Shown here: positions 11,201 through 24,995 of the stretch, piece by piece | How positions within the stretch are numbered: position 1 is the first letter of the stretch | Layout of the letters: each line of letters opens with the position of its first letter | Origin: Octopus sinensis | Lineage: Eukaryota | NCBI RefSeq assembly: GCF_006345805.1 | Contig: NC_043007.1 | Span: forward strand, 47,554,001-47,618,000 | DNA: 64,000 nucleotides | Reading direction: 5' to 3' | Position numbers and translations under genes: made by a program | The notes under the pieces: model-generated | The model's database searches: none | What the model was told of the DNA's origin: nothing | What the model saw: the letters and a program-made list of their open reading frames with translations, nothing else

Positions 11201-12059
11201 TATATGTTTGTTACGGAGATTCACTCTGACAGAAGTAGTGATACTTCCTATATGCATCGAAATCATGACATATCCGTTATATTCTTTAAAATAGGTGAGA
11301 AATATGACTTACTTCGTTAACTTACAATACAAGATATATGTGTTATACATACACACACAGACACACACACAAATAAATATGCGCGAGGGTGGAGGTAGGG
11401 TGTTATGTCCTAGTGGACAGTTATTGAAAGGGAGATAATCATTTCTTCATAGTTTTTGACGGGATTAGAAATTTGAATTTGAAGTTAATGAATCATATGG
11501 GAAAAGATGCATAACATAGACATATTTTTAATCATTGCTTACATATTAAGAAATTCATAAAATTTCTAGTCTGTGGTAATTATGTATAGTACTGTTTTAT
11601 TCTTTTTAGAAACTGCCAGCATGATATAAACTAGAATTCACTAATTTACAATTTTATGGAATGAGAGATTTCTTATAGAAGAAAAATAATTATAGAGTGG
11701 AAGAAATTCATGGAATGTATTTTTATTTTTATTTTGTTTTACGTCATGAGAGTTAAAAGTTCAGCAATCGAGAGAGAAAAGAAAGTTGTTGATGTCTGCA
11801 CCGGAAATTCTAACTTGTAAACGGGATTTATAGTAGTTAATAATCATAATTTTAATTCCAAACAAAATTCCCAAGCAGTGTTTGATATATTCTTTGAGGT
11901 GTAGATATTGATTTCAAACTGGTTCGTAAGAGGAATCATTCCGCCAGTGGTACTCAAACATATTTTTACCCCTGTGGGCCCCTTTCATTGCTGTTTTAAT
12001 CAACTGGACCTCCATAGCCATTCAATCTATCTATATAACAAACATCATTCATACACACA

Positions 12060-12098
<39 letters not shown>

Positions 12099-12179
12099 TA
12101 CACACACACATACACAGGCATATTTAATGCGTGTGTGGGAGAGACAGCTTGTATGTGCGTCTGTTTGGCAAACGACGTA

Positions 12180-12440
12180 AAAACTATAACTCTAAACCTC
12201 TCATACTAACATTATTCCTATCTTCAAAAGAGCAGTCTATGACTGACTATTAACTTCCAAGACATTTTTGGCATAGATTCTATGAGAATAATCACAGAAT
12301 ATATGTAAGGCTACTTGAATGGTCATTGAAAAATTTATGATTGAACCGAGACAATGACTAAGAAACGGGCGTTATTATAGTAAAGACCAAAGACACTTCA
12401 AAGACTTGCAGGAAGAAATTTCTTTCTTGTTGAGTGGGAG
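12180..12440 (+). mobile_element. decayed LINE RT remnant
   Basis: NIIPIFKR followed by a degenerate post-YRPISL region. Confidence 0.3.
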
Positions 12441-12529
12441 TTAAGTCAACTTTGAATCTTTAATTCTATATTACTACCGTTCTTGATTATTTACATTTTT
12501 CTTTATCATTAGATGTACGTATTCATAGA

Positions 12530-12740
<211 letters not shown>

Positions 12741-12805
12741 GAGAATTCAGAAGAAGAAAACAAAAGACGAAAACAGGTGGTGTAGACAACATATGTGTGT
12801 GTATA

Positions 12806-13873
12806 CAGGGTGCGAGGGGTATTTGAAGACATTTTGTTTTTTGTTCATTACACCTTCAAATTATTTAACGTATCGTTTATTTTAATTTTTTTTTCACATA
12901 GCCCTTTCAAGATATTCTAAATCAAGAAATGAAAAGACATGCAAACCTCAGTGATTTAGAAATTAGCAACTTCCTAAATGTTGTAAGATCATGTGTATAC
13001 AAAGTTCGGTTGGAATTGGAGGCATTTGATGGTAATGTTTCACCTGTATCAAAGAGAAAAAACATTCACAATGCCCAGACAATAAAAGGACACCGCAATT
13101 TATACATGTTCAAACATTATCGATGAAAACCCCAGAAAATCAATGAGCTCCATTGCTAATGAACTTCGGGTGTCAGAGTGGACTATCATAACTGTGGTAC
13201 GTCGTGACATTCGACACAAGTCCTTTGTAATGAGGAAAGGCCAATTCGTGTCTGCAAAGACACAGGAAAACCGTCTCATCCGTTCAAAACGGTTACTTAA
13301 AGTTAAAAACCCTCATGAAAAAGACATGCTTTGGATTTTCTGTCGAAAAACTTTGACCAGGATCAAAGTCTAACAAAAGAAATGGCATGTGGTTATGTGC
13401 AGATCCTTCTGAAGTACCCAGAGTGATGCACATGAAATTTCCAGCAACTGTGATGGTTTTATAAGTGGTGGGTAGCGAAGGTCGTGTGATGCCTCCCCAC
13501 TTTTTTTCACAGGGTCTTAGAATTAATGCTGCTAGGTACATCGAGGTACTGGAAACTGTTATCAATCCCTGGATTGATGAAGTCTACGTGTAGAGCACTG
13601 TTGAAATGGAGACTAATCGTCATCCTCATAATACCATAGCTTCACTGAAGGCCCACATTGTCCAGGTGATATCCGAAATGAATAAGGACCATATAGTGTC
13701 AGCATGCCAGTTGTTTCAGTCCCGCAGTGAAGCAGTCATCGAAGCCAAGAATACTTTGCTTAAAAAAATCATTATCAAGACTAATTGCACAAATATTTAT
13801 TCACATACATATTTGAAATATAGTTGTTTTATTGTATACAAAAGCTGTCCTCAAATACCCCAAACGCACCCGT
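12806..13873 (+). mobile_element. Tc1/mariner maT (Bmmar1-like) element, decayed and internally deleted
   Basis: TIRs CAGGGTGCGAGGGGTATTTGAAGACA / TGTCCTCAAATACCCCAAACGCACCCG; motifs KFPATVMV, VMPPHFF, SLKAHIVQ...SACQLFQSRSEAVIEA. Confidence 0.85.
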
Positions 13874-14029
13874 CCATTGGATGGGTTAAGTTTCATTGGT
13901 AGGGGATTTTTTTTCACCAAATAATTGAACAACCGAGACGGTTTATGAGTAGCACGGCAATCTATATTTCCGATTAACCCAGGAACGGAAAATCAAATTG
14001 AAAGCTGGTTATTGTGGAGGTCGTTGCAC

Positions 14030-14650
14030 TTTAATAATCAGAGAACATATGAGTTTGCAAGCGATGCAAAGTAGAACTACTGAACCATTTTGGGAGTAGA
14101 TTACGGATAATGACTATAAAATATAGTTGTTTTAGATGAGAGCGAAATTTCTTGTCAGAAACAACCACATAAATGGTGTAAGGAAATTGAAGGAAGATGT
14201 TGAAACTTCCCCTCTGTGAGTTTATCTCTTTCAACAGCAATGGGAGCTATTTTTTCGGAGAGATAAGCTAACAGCCACTTTATTCTGTCTTCCCACATAG
14301 GCTGCGCATAAACTAACAGCGAATGCTGCATAAAGTTAAACTGGTATGGAGCTTTCTGAAAGATATGTATTGCTTTCACTAGTGGAAGAAAGACTTATTT
14401 AAAGGTTGATTCTTTAGGACGAATCATATGAGATTTTTTTTTTAAATAGGCTAGAACAAAAATGCTAAAACGTATTTAAAACAATGGACAACATTCATCG
14501 TAATGGATCAGTAAATAAGCATCCTTAAAGTGAAACAACCCATTGGTAGGTAAACAAAGATATCAACAAATAGAAGAGCGGGAAAGGAACATCACCTTTC
14601 AAGTAATTCAGAATAGATAAAGCTAAGCTTGCCAAAGTTTAATGCACTTT
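14030..14650 (-). mobile_element. decayed LINE RT remnant
   Basis: FQKA...HSLL...KWLLAYLSEK resembles DFxKAFDxVxHxLL...WxxSYLSxR. Confidence 0.45.
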
Positions 14651-14730
14651 AAATATGGAGATTAAGATTGTATGGTATTGGATATTCATCGCGTACAGTG
14701 TTCCTAGTCAATTTAATCACTTTTCCACAA

Positions 14731-14776
14731 GACACCTGTTGAAGGCTGGTGGGTATATGAGCCGAAACGTTGTGTT
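14731..14776 (+). ncRNA. minimal type I hammerhead motif (A6U) in a Penelope-like terminal fragment (14721-14825)
   Basis: GACAC-CUGUUGA-A-GGCU(...)AGCC-GAAA-CGU-U^GUGUU; palindromic ACGU stem III. Confidence 0.55.
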
Positions 14777-15476
14777 AACAACAAACAAGATGAGGCAAAA
14801 TATCCGTCAAATGTAAATAATGTAAATAAAATCCTTTCACTTTTATAAAAAGATTTAAAAGGTATGGAAGACTCTACATGCAAAAAATATGCCCAATTAG
14901 GTCCATTTACGCGGGAGCTCTGGGCAAAATGTTTAGTGCATGACTATCCTTGGGACATGAGTAATGTGTGTGTAAAGTTTGGTGAAAATCGGTTGATAAT
15001 TGTGGAAATGTATGCGTTTAATGTTTCTAGTCAATTTAATCACCGTCGCTGGCGGACAGTGGAAATAAATAAATAGACAAAATCCTTTAACTTTTAGAAA
15101 ATGATTTAAAATGTATGGAAGATCCTACAGATTATAAAACAGCTGATTCATGCAAATGAATAGGAATCATCTATTGGTGGTTTGCCATTGCTCTAGACGC
15201 CCTAATATCGATTTTTTAAATCTAAGTAGCCTATGTCTGGGATATGAAGAAGCTGTGTATAAAATTTTAAAGAAATTGGATGTAGAAGATGTAGAAGTTA
15301 TTGAGGTACATTACATTTTTGTGTACACACAGAGAGAGAGAAAGAGAGAGAAAAAAAACTTCAGTTTTATAGATATTAGATTATATATATAGATCGGCAA
15401 ATCGAATGTTAAATAAAATAACGAAACAATAAAAGTCAAAGGGACCTACAAGGGAATGTATTACGTTGACGCTCAG

Positions 15477-15610
<134 letters not shown>

Positions 15611-16399
15611 GCACATTCACTCACAGTTTTGGTGAAACAAACAGAATAAACAGAACTCAATATAAGGTATATTTACTTTTTAGTTTCAATCAGCAGAAAT
15701 CCCTAAACACTATTTTTGATCACCACATTAAAGAATGTTTGATGTAATGATTATGAATGATATTTTTTTAATATTTGATATGAAGAATACAGACCTAATT
15801 TAAGGTTATATTTTTGTAAGTGCCTTTCAGTTTTCACACACACTCAGTGTGCAGTTATCTCGACACTTAACCATGTTTGCGAGTAAATTTATTTGATAGC
15901 ATTTAATCTTGACTCAGTAAATTCCCTAAATCACTTCCAGCTTACGAGAAGGCAACTATGCAGTCACTTGATTTGTTAGAAATTGTAAATTTGACTTTAC
16001 CGACTGTTAAAAAAAACAAAAAAACAATACACATGGAACAAAGTTTTCTGAGATACGCTATGCCCGGAAAAAATTGCTATGGAACTTATTTGGACATAAA
16101 ACTACACAATCGGAACTATATTGCTGCTTATATAACCAGAACAACAATAGCAACAGTTAACAAACAAACCCCTTATCATGTAGTTAAATCTGCATTCCTC
16201 TTAGAATGTATCCTTCTTATCTGGTTCTTACCTGAAGTAAGTTCGGGGTTTTAGAAAAGCGTGAGACTAGTTCAACTGACTCAGCAATCCTTGACCGAGA
16301 ATATCTTATTTCCTAAACAGTATGAATCGTATTCGGAAAAAAATTATGTCCATTTCTTCCTCACAACTTTATACCAGTGAAAGAGAATTCGTGTCATAC

Positions 16400-16429
16400 A
16401 TATATATGCATAAACATAAAGAAATATAT

Positions 16430-16467
<38 letters not shown>

Positions 16468-16571
16468 ATATACACATCCACATATACACACATACACACA
16501 TATATATTCTTATATATATGCATATATATATATATATATATTGGTAAAAACGGTAAGATAACAAAAGAAAA

Positions 16572-16603
<32 letters not shown>

Positions 16604-16709
16604 TATATATGCATACTCATATACATATATGTTCAGTTATACCTAGGTAAGGATACAGATGCACATGTATACATGTGTCTATGTATGTATATATATATAT
16701 ATATATGTC

Positions 16710-16744
<35 letters not shown>

Positions 16745-17687
16745 TAATGTCTGTTTTTATGGTATAATAAAAACAATTTTACATATATGTAAACAATATA
16801 TATATACATAAAAAATATATATATATATGTTCGTACATGTATTTATGTATCATAAATATGTATACACATACATACATACACACATACACACGCACACACA
16901 TACACACACACACATATATATTATATAATGGAACAGTTGATAGCATTAACACTTTGTGGAGAAGTCGGCTGAAATATCTTAGTGATACAGAAGACACTAA
17001 TTATCCTATTGCAGTGACTTCTAGTTGAATGGTTCGCTTTTATATTATGGTATATATTGGCTAGTCTTCTCCTCTTTAAATCAAAGAACCGCGCGCGCAT
17101 AATTTTTGTGGGTATATGTAATAGACTTATCAGTATAAGTCTTTGTCTGTGTATGTATATTCATATATACATATATATGTATGTATGTATGTATGTATAT
17201 GTACATATAAGCGCATATATGTGTATACATATGTATATATGTACCGGTACTTATGTGTGCGTGCATATGTGTATACTCACGTACAGATATATATATATAT
17301 ATATCTGTATGTACACTCACACACATGTGTATGCATAGACTTATACATATCTGCATGTATCATTTGGTCGCATATGTGTGCCTTCTGTATGCGGGTATAA
17401 CGAGAATAGTGCTCACACTTTGCAAAACTTGTTTTCTACGCTATCAACTTTATGTATGAAGAGAAGAGATAGCGAATATTGCAGGGCTATTAGAGATCGA
17501 TAGATCGACGGATAATATAAGATCAGTGAGTGGTAAACAATTTGACAGAAATCGTCTTGAAATAGCAGCTTCACCTTTTATCCGCCATAAATACTTTATA
17601 TTAGATTTTATGTGTGTGTGTTTGTATATACACACACACATATGTATATAAATATATATGGATATATGCATATATATATAAATATAA

Positions 17688-17774
<87 letters not shown>

Positions 17775-17775
17775 T
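16400..17775. repeat. cluster of degenerate (TA)/(TG)/(TATG) microsatellites
   Basis: Direct inspection; short unique spacers between tracts. Confidence 0.85.
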
Positions 17776-18070
17776 GTAAATTACATTCCTTCTAAGTTAG
17801 TGTGGCTTCTCATACGGATTGATTAAACTTTAACATGATCAAGTATTCTAGGAGCAGCGAAAGTGTTTATGACAGCATGGGAATCCTCAAAAATCTTTGC
17901 TCGATTATTTCATTGTTCCGCGATCGAATCTTACCTTGACTTTCATTTCTCCTTGATCTGCCGTTTATTTTTATTTCAGAGCTTTTTTCTTTTAAAAAAA
18001 AAAAAGGAATAATAGTATATTGTTTGCTATTTAGTGAAATATGTTAATAGTATGAACACTAGTATATCAC

Positions 18071-18367
18071 TGTGGTGGCGCAATGGCCCATTTGTTAGGG
18101 CAGCGGACTCGCAGTCGTTGGATCGCGGCTTCGATTCCCAAACCGAGCATTGTGAGTGTTTATTGAGCGAAAACACCTAAAGCTCCACGAGGCTCCGGCA
18201 GGGGGTGGTGGTGAACCCTGCTGTACTCTTTCTCTCATTCTTTCTTCCTGTTTCTGTTGTACCTGTATTTCAAAGGGCCATACTTGTCACAATCTGAGTC
18301 ACGCTGAATCTCCCCGAGAACTACGTTAAGGGTACACGTGTCTGTGGAGTACTCAGTCACTTGCACG
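18071..18367 (+). mobile_element. SINE family B
   Basis: tRNA-like head GGCGCAATGGCCC...GCTTCGATTCCC; matches 3062-3245. Confidence 0.8.
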
Positions 18368-18525
18368 TTAATAAATGAGCTGCGACGTCACAGGTGCCAA
18401 GCTGTATCGGCCTTTGCCTTTCCTTTGGATAACATCAGTGGTGTGGAGAGGGGAGGCCAGTATGCACGGGCGACTGCTGGTCTCCCATAAACAACCTTGC
18501 CCAGACTTGTGCCTAAATTTTAACT
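18368..18525 (+). mobile_element. internal part of SINE family C
   Basis: AAATGAGCTGCGACGTCACAGGTGCCAAGCTG matches 22570 and 36397. Confidence 0.8.
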
Positions 18526-18699
18526 GCAGTGTACGTCTTGTGTAGAATTTGTCGTGAAATAACAGAAATACACGATGAGAAGGAAAATATTTAAGTGAGA
18601 GTTCAATACATATAGCTTGCAGATTGATAGGCAGGTAACAGTGAAATTGAATTGAAATCGAGTCGCAATCTTGACTGGACACGAAGCAATGTTCCTAGC

Positions 18700-19330
18700 T
18701 TTTCTTGCTGTTTATATCAGCGTTTACAGGGTAAAGCAAATGGGTGATCACTTCACAGACACGCGTACCCTTAACGTTCTGCCGTCATTACTTTCCATAA
18801 TACATCACAGTCAACTGAGTCAAATGCCGCTACAAAATCGACGAAGTAAATAATGGTCGATTGTTGATAACACCAAAGGTGCTCCAGAGTTCTTTTCAGC
18901 ATCAAGATCTGATCCGTAAAGCAACGGCTATGACGCAGGCCTGACTGGTTAGGACGGGTGCGTCGGTCTCGCTCAAGCTGGAATTTGCGTGACAAGACTG
19001 AGGTAAATATCTTCGCCTCGATGTCAATAAGGCTGACACCTCTGTAGTTTCCACAACAGCGTCTGTCTCCATTCTTGAACTACAGATGGAGAACTTCATC
19101 TCTTCAATCTTGAAGAAGTAATTTAGAGTCCCAGATGTGCTTCTTGGCAATGCTTGAAGATCTCCACTGGGACAGCATCTTCGCTTGCAGCTTCGTTGTT
19201 TATCAGGCTTGCAATCACAACACGCAATGGTCGATGCTTCCGTTTGATAATCGTACAGTGTCACGAAGGGCTGATGAAACAGCAGCCCAACAGTGGCTTA
19301 GCAAAACATAAAAATACTCGTACCAACGAA
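18700..19330 (-). mobile_element. RTE-clade LINE RT fragment
   Basis: GNYRGVSLIDIEAKIFT...NQSGLR...TDQILMLKRTLE...FVDFVAAFDSVDCDVLWKVM. Confidence 0.85.
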
Positions 19331-19339
19331 ATAGGTGAC

Positions 19340-19491
19340 TATCAAGATAAGTAGCTTGCTTACCAACCACATGATTCCGGGTTCAGTCCCATTGCGTGCA
19401 ATTTGGGCAAGTGTCTTCTACTATAGCCTCGGGTCAACCAAAGCCTTGTGAGTGGATTTAGTAGACAGAAACTGAAAGAAGACCGTCATGA

Positions 19492-19570
<79 letters not shown>

Positions 19571-19571
19571 T

Positions 19572-19622
<51 letters not shown>

Positions 19623-19935
19623 CATAGATAGATACATAGATAGATAGATAGATACATACATACATACATACATACATACATACATACATACATACATACA
19701 TACATGTGTGTGTGTCTGTCTTTGTGTGTGTGTCTGTCTTTGTGTGTGTGTGTGCCCTTGTGTCTACTTGACAACCGGCGTTGGTGAGTTTACGTACCCG
19801 TAAACTCACGGTTCAGCAAAAGATACCGATAGAATAAGTCCTAGGCTTTTTGTTCAACTAAAATATCCCCTTTAAGGCGGTACTCCAGCATGGCCACAGT
19901 CAAACGACTGAAACAAGTTAAAGAATAAGAGAATA
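19340..19935 (+). mobile_element. SINE family A with expanded internal (GATA)n(TACA)n
   Basis: Head, CORE-like box and tail match 1069-1460. Confidence 0.85.
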
Positions 19936-20584
19936 AATATTTGTTCTGAAAATGCCTGATGCTTTGTGCAGAAGTACAGAAGTAAAATATATCATTCATT
20001 CTCAAAATATGAAATATACAAAAATAAAAAACTAATCAAACTGAAAACCACACAAGAAAAAATAGACAGTGAAAGACAAACCCAGAAACAAATAATGATT
20101 TGTTGTTTTGGGAGTTTTCTTTTACCAGATTCAGAAGACAAATTTGTAGAAATAACCATTTTATTATATTTAGCGGAATGGTGAAGTAAAGTGCTAAAAA
20201 TATAAGCTACCTGGATAATGAAGAAAAAGACAGTTACATGAGTTTGGATCCGCACCGAAGATATTTTAGTATAACATCTCGAAATTGATTTTCGGTGCAA
20301 TGTGAAATATACAATAGATTTAGAAATACTCGATTGCTGCTTTTGTTTCCAATTTTTGTACAAGTAAAGCAATTTTAGAGGACTTTCTGGAATAACGGTT
20401 GTAGTAGTTATATTATCTAATATTTTTTGTATTTTCTTGTATTTGTAATACAGCATATATTTGTTGTGTAGAGAGAATAGAAAATATGTGCTGTTGTGTG
20501 TGTGTTTGTGTGTGTATGTGTGTGTGTGTGAATTTGTGTGAGGGTATCTGCGTTTGTATGCATGTAGAGAGGATGTAATTTGAT

Positions 20585-20679
<95 letters not shown>

Positions 20680-20681
20680 GT

Positions 20682-20899
20682 ATTGTATACATATGAGAGG
20701 GATGACCACTATGTGGACAACCCTAATGCAAGAAGTAGATCCGCTATGGTCTTACCTCTAAGAAATGTTCTCAAGAAAAATTTAGCAAACACCTAAATTT
20801 TTCTTGAGAACATTTCTAAGTGGTAAGACCATAGCGGATCTACTTCTAGCATTAGGGTTGTCCACATAGTGGTCATCCCTCTCATGTATATAATACAAT
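20682..20899. repeat. near-perfect palindrome, ~95-bp arms, 7-nt loop (20786-20792)
   Basis: ATGAGAGGGATGACCACTATGTGG... / ...CCACATAGTGGTCATCCCTCTCAT. Confidence 0.95.
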
Positions 20900-20999
20900 T
20901 TACTGAACTTTCAGATTTTGATATGCTAGACCACTGGTGTTAAATTGATGTTAAGTAAATTAATATCCAGTTTCTCACCCTAATTTTAAATTTAAATTC

Positions 21000-21082
<83 letters not shown>

Positions 21083-21138
21083 CCTACACATATACATACA
21101 TATACATGCATACATACATACATACATACATACATACA

Positions 21139-21170
<32 letters not shown>

Positions 21171-21554
21171 CATACATACATACATTCGATATAATCTTAC
21201 AATATGTTTCTTCCGATAATGCATGCGCAATGATATCCAGTAACCAGCCTGAACTAAGTGTCCATAGCCGGACTACAGTTTATGCACATCCACAAACACA
21301 AGAGATCTAAACTTAAAATTTCTACTTGGCAAACACTGCATGATTGAATTATTTGCAGCTTTTTTACAGCCTATACTTCAGGTTTGGGGGGGGGGGGGTT
21401 CTTGTTTATTTGGGTTTTTTTTAGTTAAAAGTCTTCATTCATTCATCATTGCTTTTTTTAAAATATTAAATGCACATTCTGTTAATAAATGCTTTGTAAT
21501 ATTTCATCTTTTTAGTTGGCTGCTTTAAAGTTTTCCGTGTGTAGAGTTTAGAAA

Positions 21555-22170
21555 AATTCAGAAAAAATGGATATTTTTTTAATGAAATTTTCAGCAAATA
21601 CCTTTCAGAGTGTAGATTACGATTATATAGGAATTTGTACTGAAACGATTCTCCGAAGGGTGGGGAGAGTAGTTTCGGAAAATTCCTACATTTCGGCTTT
21701 TGTTTCCTCATAACTTTCAGAAAAAACGAATGTATTGTTCTACAAATACATTCCAGAGTGAGTGCATTACTATCACAACGGAATTTGAAGTGAACAAATA
21801 TTGGGGGCTAGCATACATACAAACTGCAACACATCACACATCTGCAAAACGAAACTTGAAATTTCGTAAAAATTGTGACATTTGTCAGTATGTATGTATG
21901 CGTACTAACCATTTTTCTTTACACATCGAATTCAGATATAATCGTAATTTACATTCTTTGAAAGTATTTGTAAATTTAATTTAAAAATACACATTTTTCC
22001 GATAGTAATAGGGAAACAAAGCCGACTCGTATGAATTTTCCGAAATTCTTCTCCTCACACATCGGGAGACTTTTTCCATAACAAATTCCGGTATAATCGA
22101 AATCTACATCATGTGAATCATATTTGTAAAAACCTTCATTTATTAAATACCCATTTTTCTGAAGATTATT
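21555..22170. mobile_element. foldback/MITE-like element with diverged ~165-bp terminal inverted repeats
   Basis: 21560-21715 is the reverse complement of about 22005-22170; a third partial inverted copy lies at 21927-21970. Confidence 0.6.
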
Positions 22171-22435
22171 GAGGAAACAAAGTCGGTGGAGCACATTCGT
22201 ATATGTATACCCTTTGCTTTAACATAAGTAATGCTACGATTACATTGTTATATGTACATATCTGCTTTCTTCGCTTCATTTTCATTTTGTATGTAACAAT
22301 ATTTGGTTATATAACTCCATGTTATAAATTAACAAACAACACACATTTTTCGTTCAGTTTTTATCAAAAAGGCTATAATAATGTGAATAAGATGGACTCC
22401 ATTTTTTCTTACACATAAAGAAAGATAGGATGGCA

Positions 22436-22565
22436 TATATATATTATATTATATTATATTATATTATATTATATTATATTATATTATATTATATTATATT
22501 ATATTATATTATATTATATATATTATATATATTATATTATATTATATTATATTATATTATATTAT
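22436..22565. repeat. (ATATT)n pentanucleotide array, continuing at 22915-22975 beyond the SINE
   Basis: Direct inspection. Confidence 0.95.
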
Positions 22566-22569
22566 AGTG

Positions 22570-22910
22570 AAGGCGCATGGCTCAGTGGTTAGAGCGTCGA
22601 GCCTACGATCGTGAGGTTGTGAGCTCGAATCCCGGACCGGGCTGCGTGTTGTGTTCTTGAGCAAAGCACTTTATTTCACGTTGCTCCAGTTCACTCAGCT
22701 GTAGATATGAGTTGCGACGTCACTGGTGCCAAACTGTATCGACCTTTGTCTTTCCCTTGGATAACACTGGTGGCGTGGAGAGGGGAGGCTGGTATGCATG
22801 GGCGACTGCTGGTCTTCCATAAACAACCTTGCCCAGACTTGTGTCTAGGAGGGTAACTTTCTAGGTGCAATCCCATGGTCATTCATGACCGAAGGGGGTC
22901 TTTACCCCTC
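22570..22910 (+). mobile_element. SINE family C (tRNA head, CORE-like TTCTTGAGCAAGGCAC box), full length
   Basis: A-box TGGCTCAGTGG, B-box GCTCGAATCCC; closely matching copy at 36397-36740. Confidence 0.9.
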
Positions 22911-23149
22911 TTTTTATATTATATATTATATTATATTACATTATATTATATTATATTATATCATATTATATTACATTTGTGTGTACGCGTGTGCTTTGAT
23001 AACGCCTAAAAGAAGATGCTTCTCTCCCATTCACCTTGGTGAATATAGCTTTGGCCAGAAGGAATTGATGTTATTCGACAGTATCCAACGATCATCGTGT
23101 GTTTCGATCCTAAACGGTAACACCTTTCCGTTGGTGAATCGGTAGAAGT

Positions 23150-24075
23150 GGCCAAATCACTGCTAGTCATCTACACCTGCCTTTCATCTTAACTTGCTTC
23201 TCTACTTGCTCCATAACTGGCAAGAAGCCCTTTCTGCTGTTTTACCGTCCTGCACACAGCTACTATTCACTCGCTTCACTCTCTTCACTCCATACAGACT
23301 GAGCAGGGAATTTCCAACAGCAAGCATTGACCGGGAATAACTATGACAGTCATCCCCGCTCCTTGCAATCCTGATACTTCTATTGAAAGACTTCATCAAA
23401 CCATTCCTCCTACAGAATTGCCTTTTCAGACCATAAAACTACATCTGGCCTCAGAGTTGTTAGAGAACTGCAATCTTTCTCCCAGGTCTACTTTCAAATC
23501 CCATGATTAGGTCACATGTAGTAGATTATTTGTCCTTTTTGCTGTTTTCACTGGCTTTTCTCGTTCATTCACGAATTTGATTATTGATGTTGTTTTCTTC
23601 TGCTGATGGTGTGGGCGAGTATTGCAAACACCTTGTCATGGTACCACTTGCATCTCCCTCGAATAAGTTCTATTTTTCACCCCGACAGTATGTGTGTCAA
23701 GGTGCCTCTTTTCCACAAAGTCTCCACAGCTGGTTCCCTTCCAAACTCCAATCTGTACAAGATTGTTGGCATTGTGAGTTTGTCATACACCAGCAGCTGC
23801 AGGAAGGTTTTAGCCTCCACAAGTCTGTCCATGTAACCGCTTTTCAGGGTATCCCATTTAGTCCAGGTTCACTGGCATACCAGCTCCACAGATCTTGTTC
23901 GTCTCCTTTCGTCCTCCTGGTTCCGTTCTTCTGTCTTATTCATTGCTCTCTTTTCCTTGACATGTTTTCTTCTATTGTTGGAAAAAGGAAGGAACCGGGA
24001 ACCTGCCGTCTTGTGCATGTAATTCCAATGATGTCGTGTAGCTTCCGCATTTTTTCAACTTGCAATAAACCTAAG
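23150..24075 (-). mobile_element. Hero-clade RLE non-LTR retrotransposon, 3' part
   Basis: YDKL...GTL.HILSG...GRCKWYHDKVFAILA, WDLKVDLGERLQF, TTLRPDVVLWSEK and AERASCQLWSK match the recalled Hero C-terminal pattern. Confidence 0.7.
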
Positions 24076-24089
24076 ATATTGAAGTAAAT

Positions 24090-24800
24090 AAAAGGCTGGT
24101 TGATGGACGAAAATCTGAAACGAGCAACCGAATTTCTAATTATAGCTACTTAAGAACAAGCTACGAGGACAGATTTGACAAAAGTAAAGATTGATGAAGC
24201 TCAGTCGGAGAGCACAGCAGGATCTGTGGGAAATGGGCCGAAAATGTTAACCATTTCGTAAATGGTTATAGTAAGCTAGCAAGGAAAAAATATAAGCGCA
24301 TGTATGACTGTGTCGCTAAAAGAGTGCATTGGGATGTTGATCATAAGGGTGGATTTAAAGAAGTAGAAAAGTTGTATGGACACCACATGATAGAGAATAA
24401 TAATTGCAGAATTTTATGGGATTTATGGATAAAGACTGACAATACTAGTAAGGCAAGAAGGCTAGATATGATTGTAGAGTACAAACAAATCAAACAGTAT
24501 AAGATCATAGGCTTTGCAATACCATATGATGATAGAATTGATATGAAATAAATTGAGAAAATTGAGAAATATCACACCTGAGAAACGAAGAGATTGTCAG
24601 AAACTAAGACGATAATTGTCCTTGTGGTAATTGGTGCACTTGACACAAGACCCAAACCGCTACGGCTGAAGGATACTGGAATTGAGACTCGCATTCTCAA
24701 CCAGCACAAAAGAGCAATCTTTATTCTGCGAGAATCTCAAGAAAGTTTCTTAAGATTTAAAGGGACTTGTTGCCAAATCTCAAAACAGCATTCCAACTAA
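24090..24800 (+). mobile_element. R4/Dong-like CCHC plus RLE fragment
   Basis: ICGKWAENVNHFV...YKRMYDCVAKRVHW...ILWDLWIKTD...RRLDMIV...FAIPYD. Confidence 0.85.
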
Positions 24801-24819
24801 CTAATATAGCATACCTATT

Positions 24820-24995
24820 ATAGGCACAAGACCTGCAATTTTGGAAAAGGGTATAGTCAATTACTTATTTCATCGACCCCGAAAGAATGAAAGGCAAAGT
24901 CTACCCCGACAGTATTTGAACTCAGAATATAAAGCTTGAAGAAATACAGCTAAGCATTTTGTCCGGCGTGCTAACGATTCTGTCAGCTCACGGCT

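Noticed and set aside
16232-16312. 81-nt minus-strand candidate exon (EIRYSRSRIAES...)
   Set aside because: Splice-like sites only; no similarity to the expected protein.
17935-17946. ATG AAA GTC AAG|gtaaga as a first coding exon for the CIMIP1-like gene
   Set aside because: Phase-compatible with a strong donor, but only 12 nt and the conserved middle exon was not found in between.
19992-20456. 154-aa hydrophobic minus-strand ORF resembling GPCR TM5-TM6
   Set aside because: No diagnostic motifs; a T-rich strand gives hydrophobic runs by chance; a stop precedes any TM7.
22570-22645. tRNA gene
   Set aside because: A tRNA-derived SINE head: it continues into the SINE body and lacks a proper acceptor stem and terminator.
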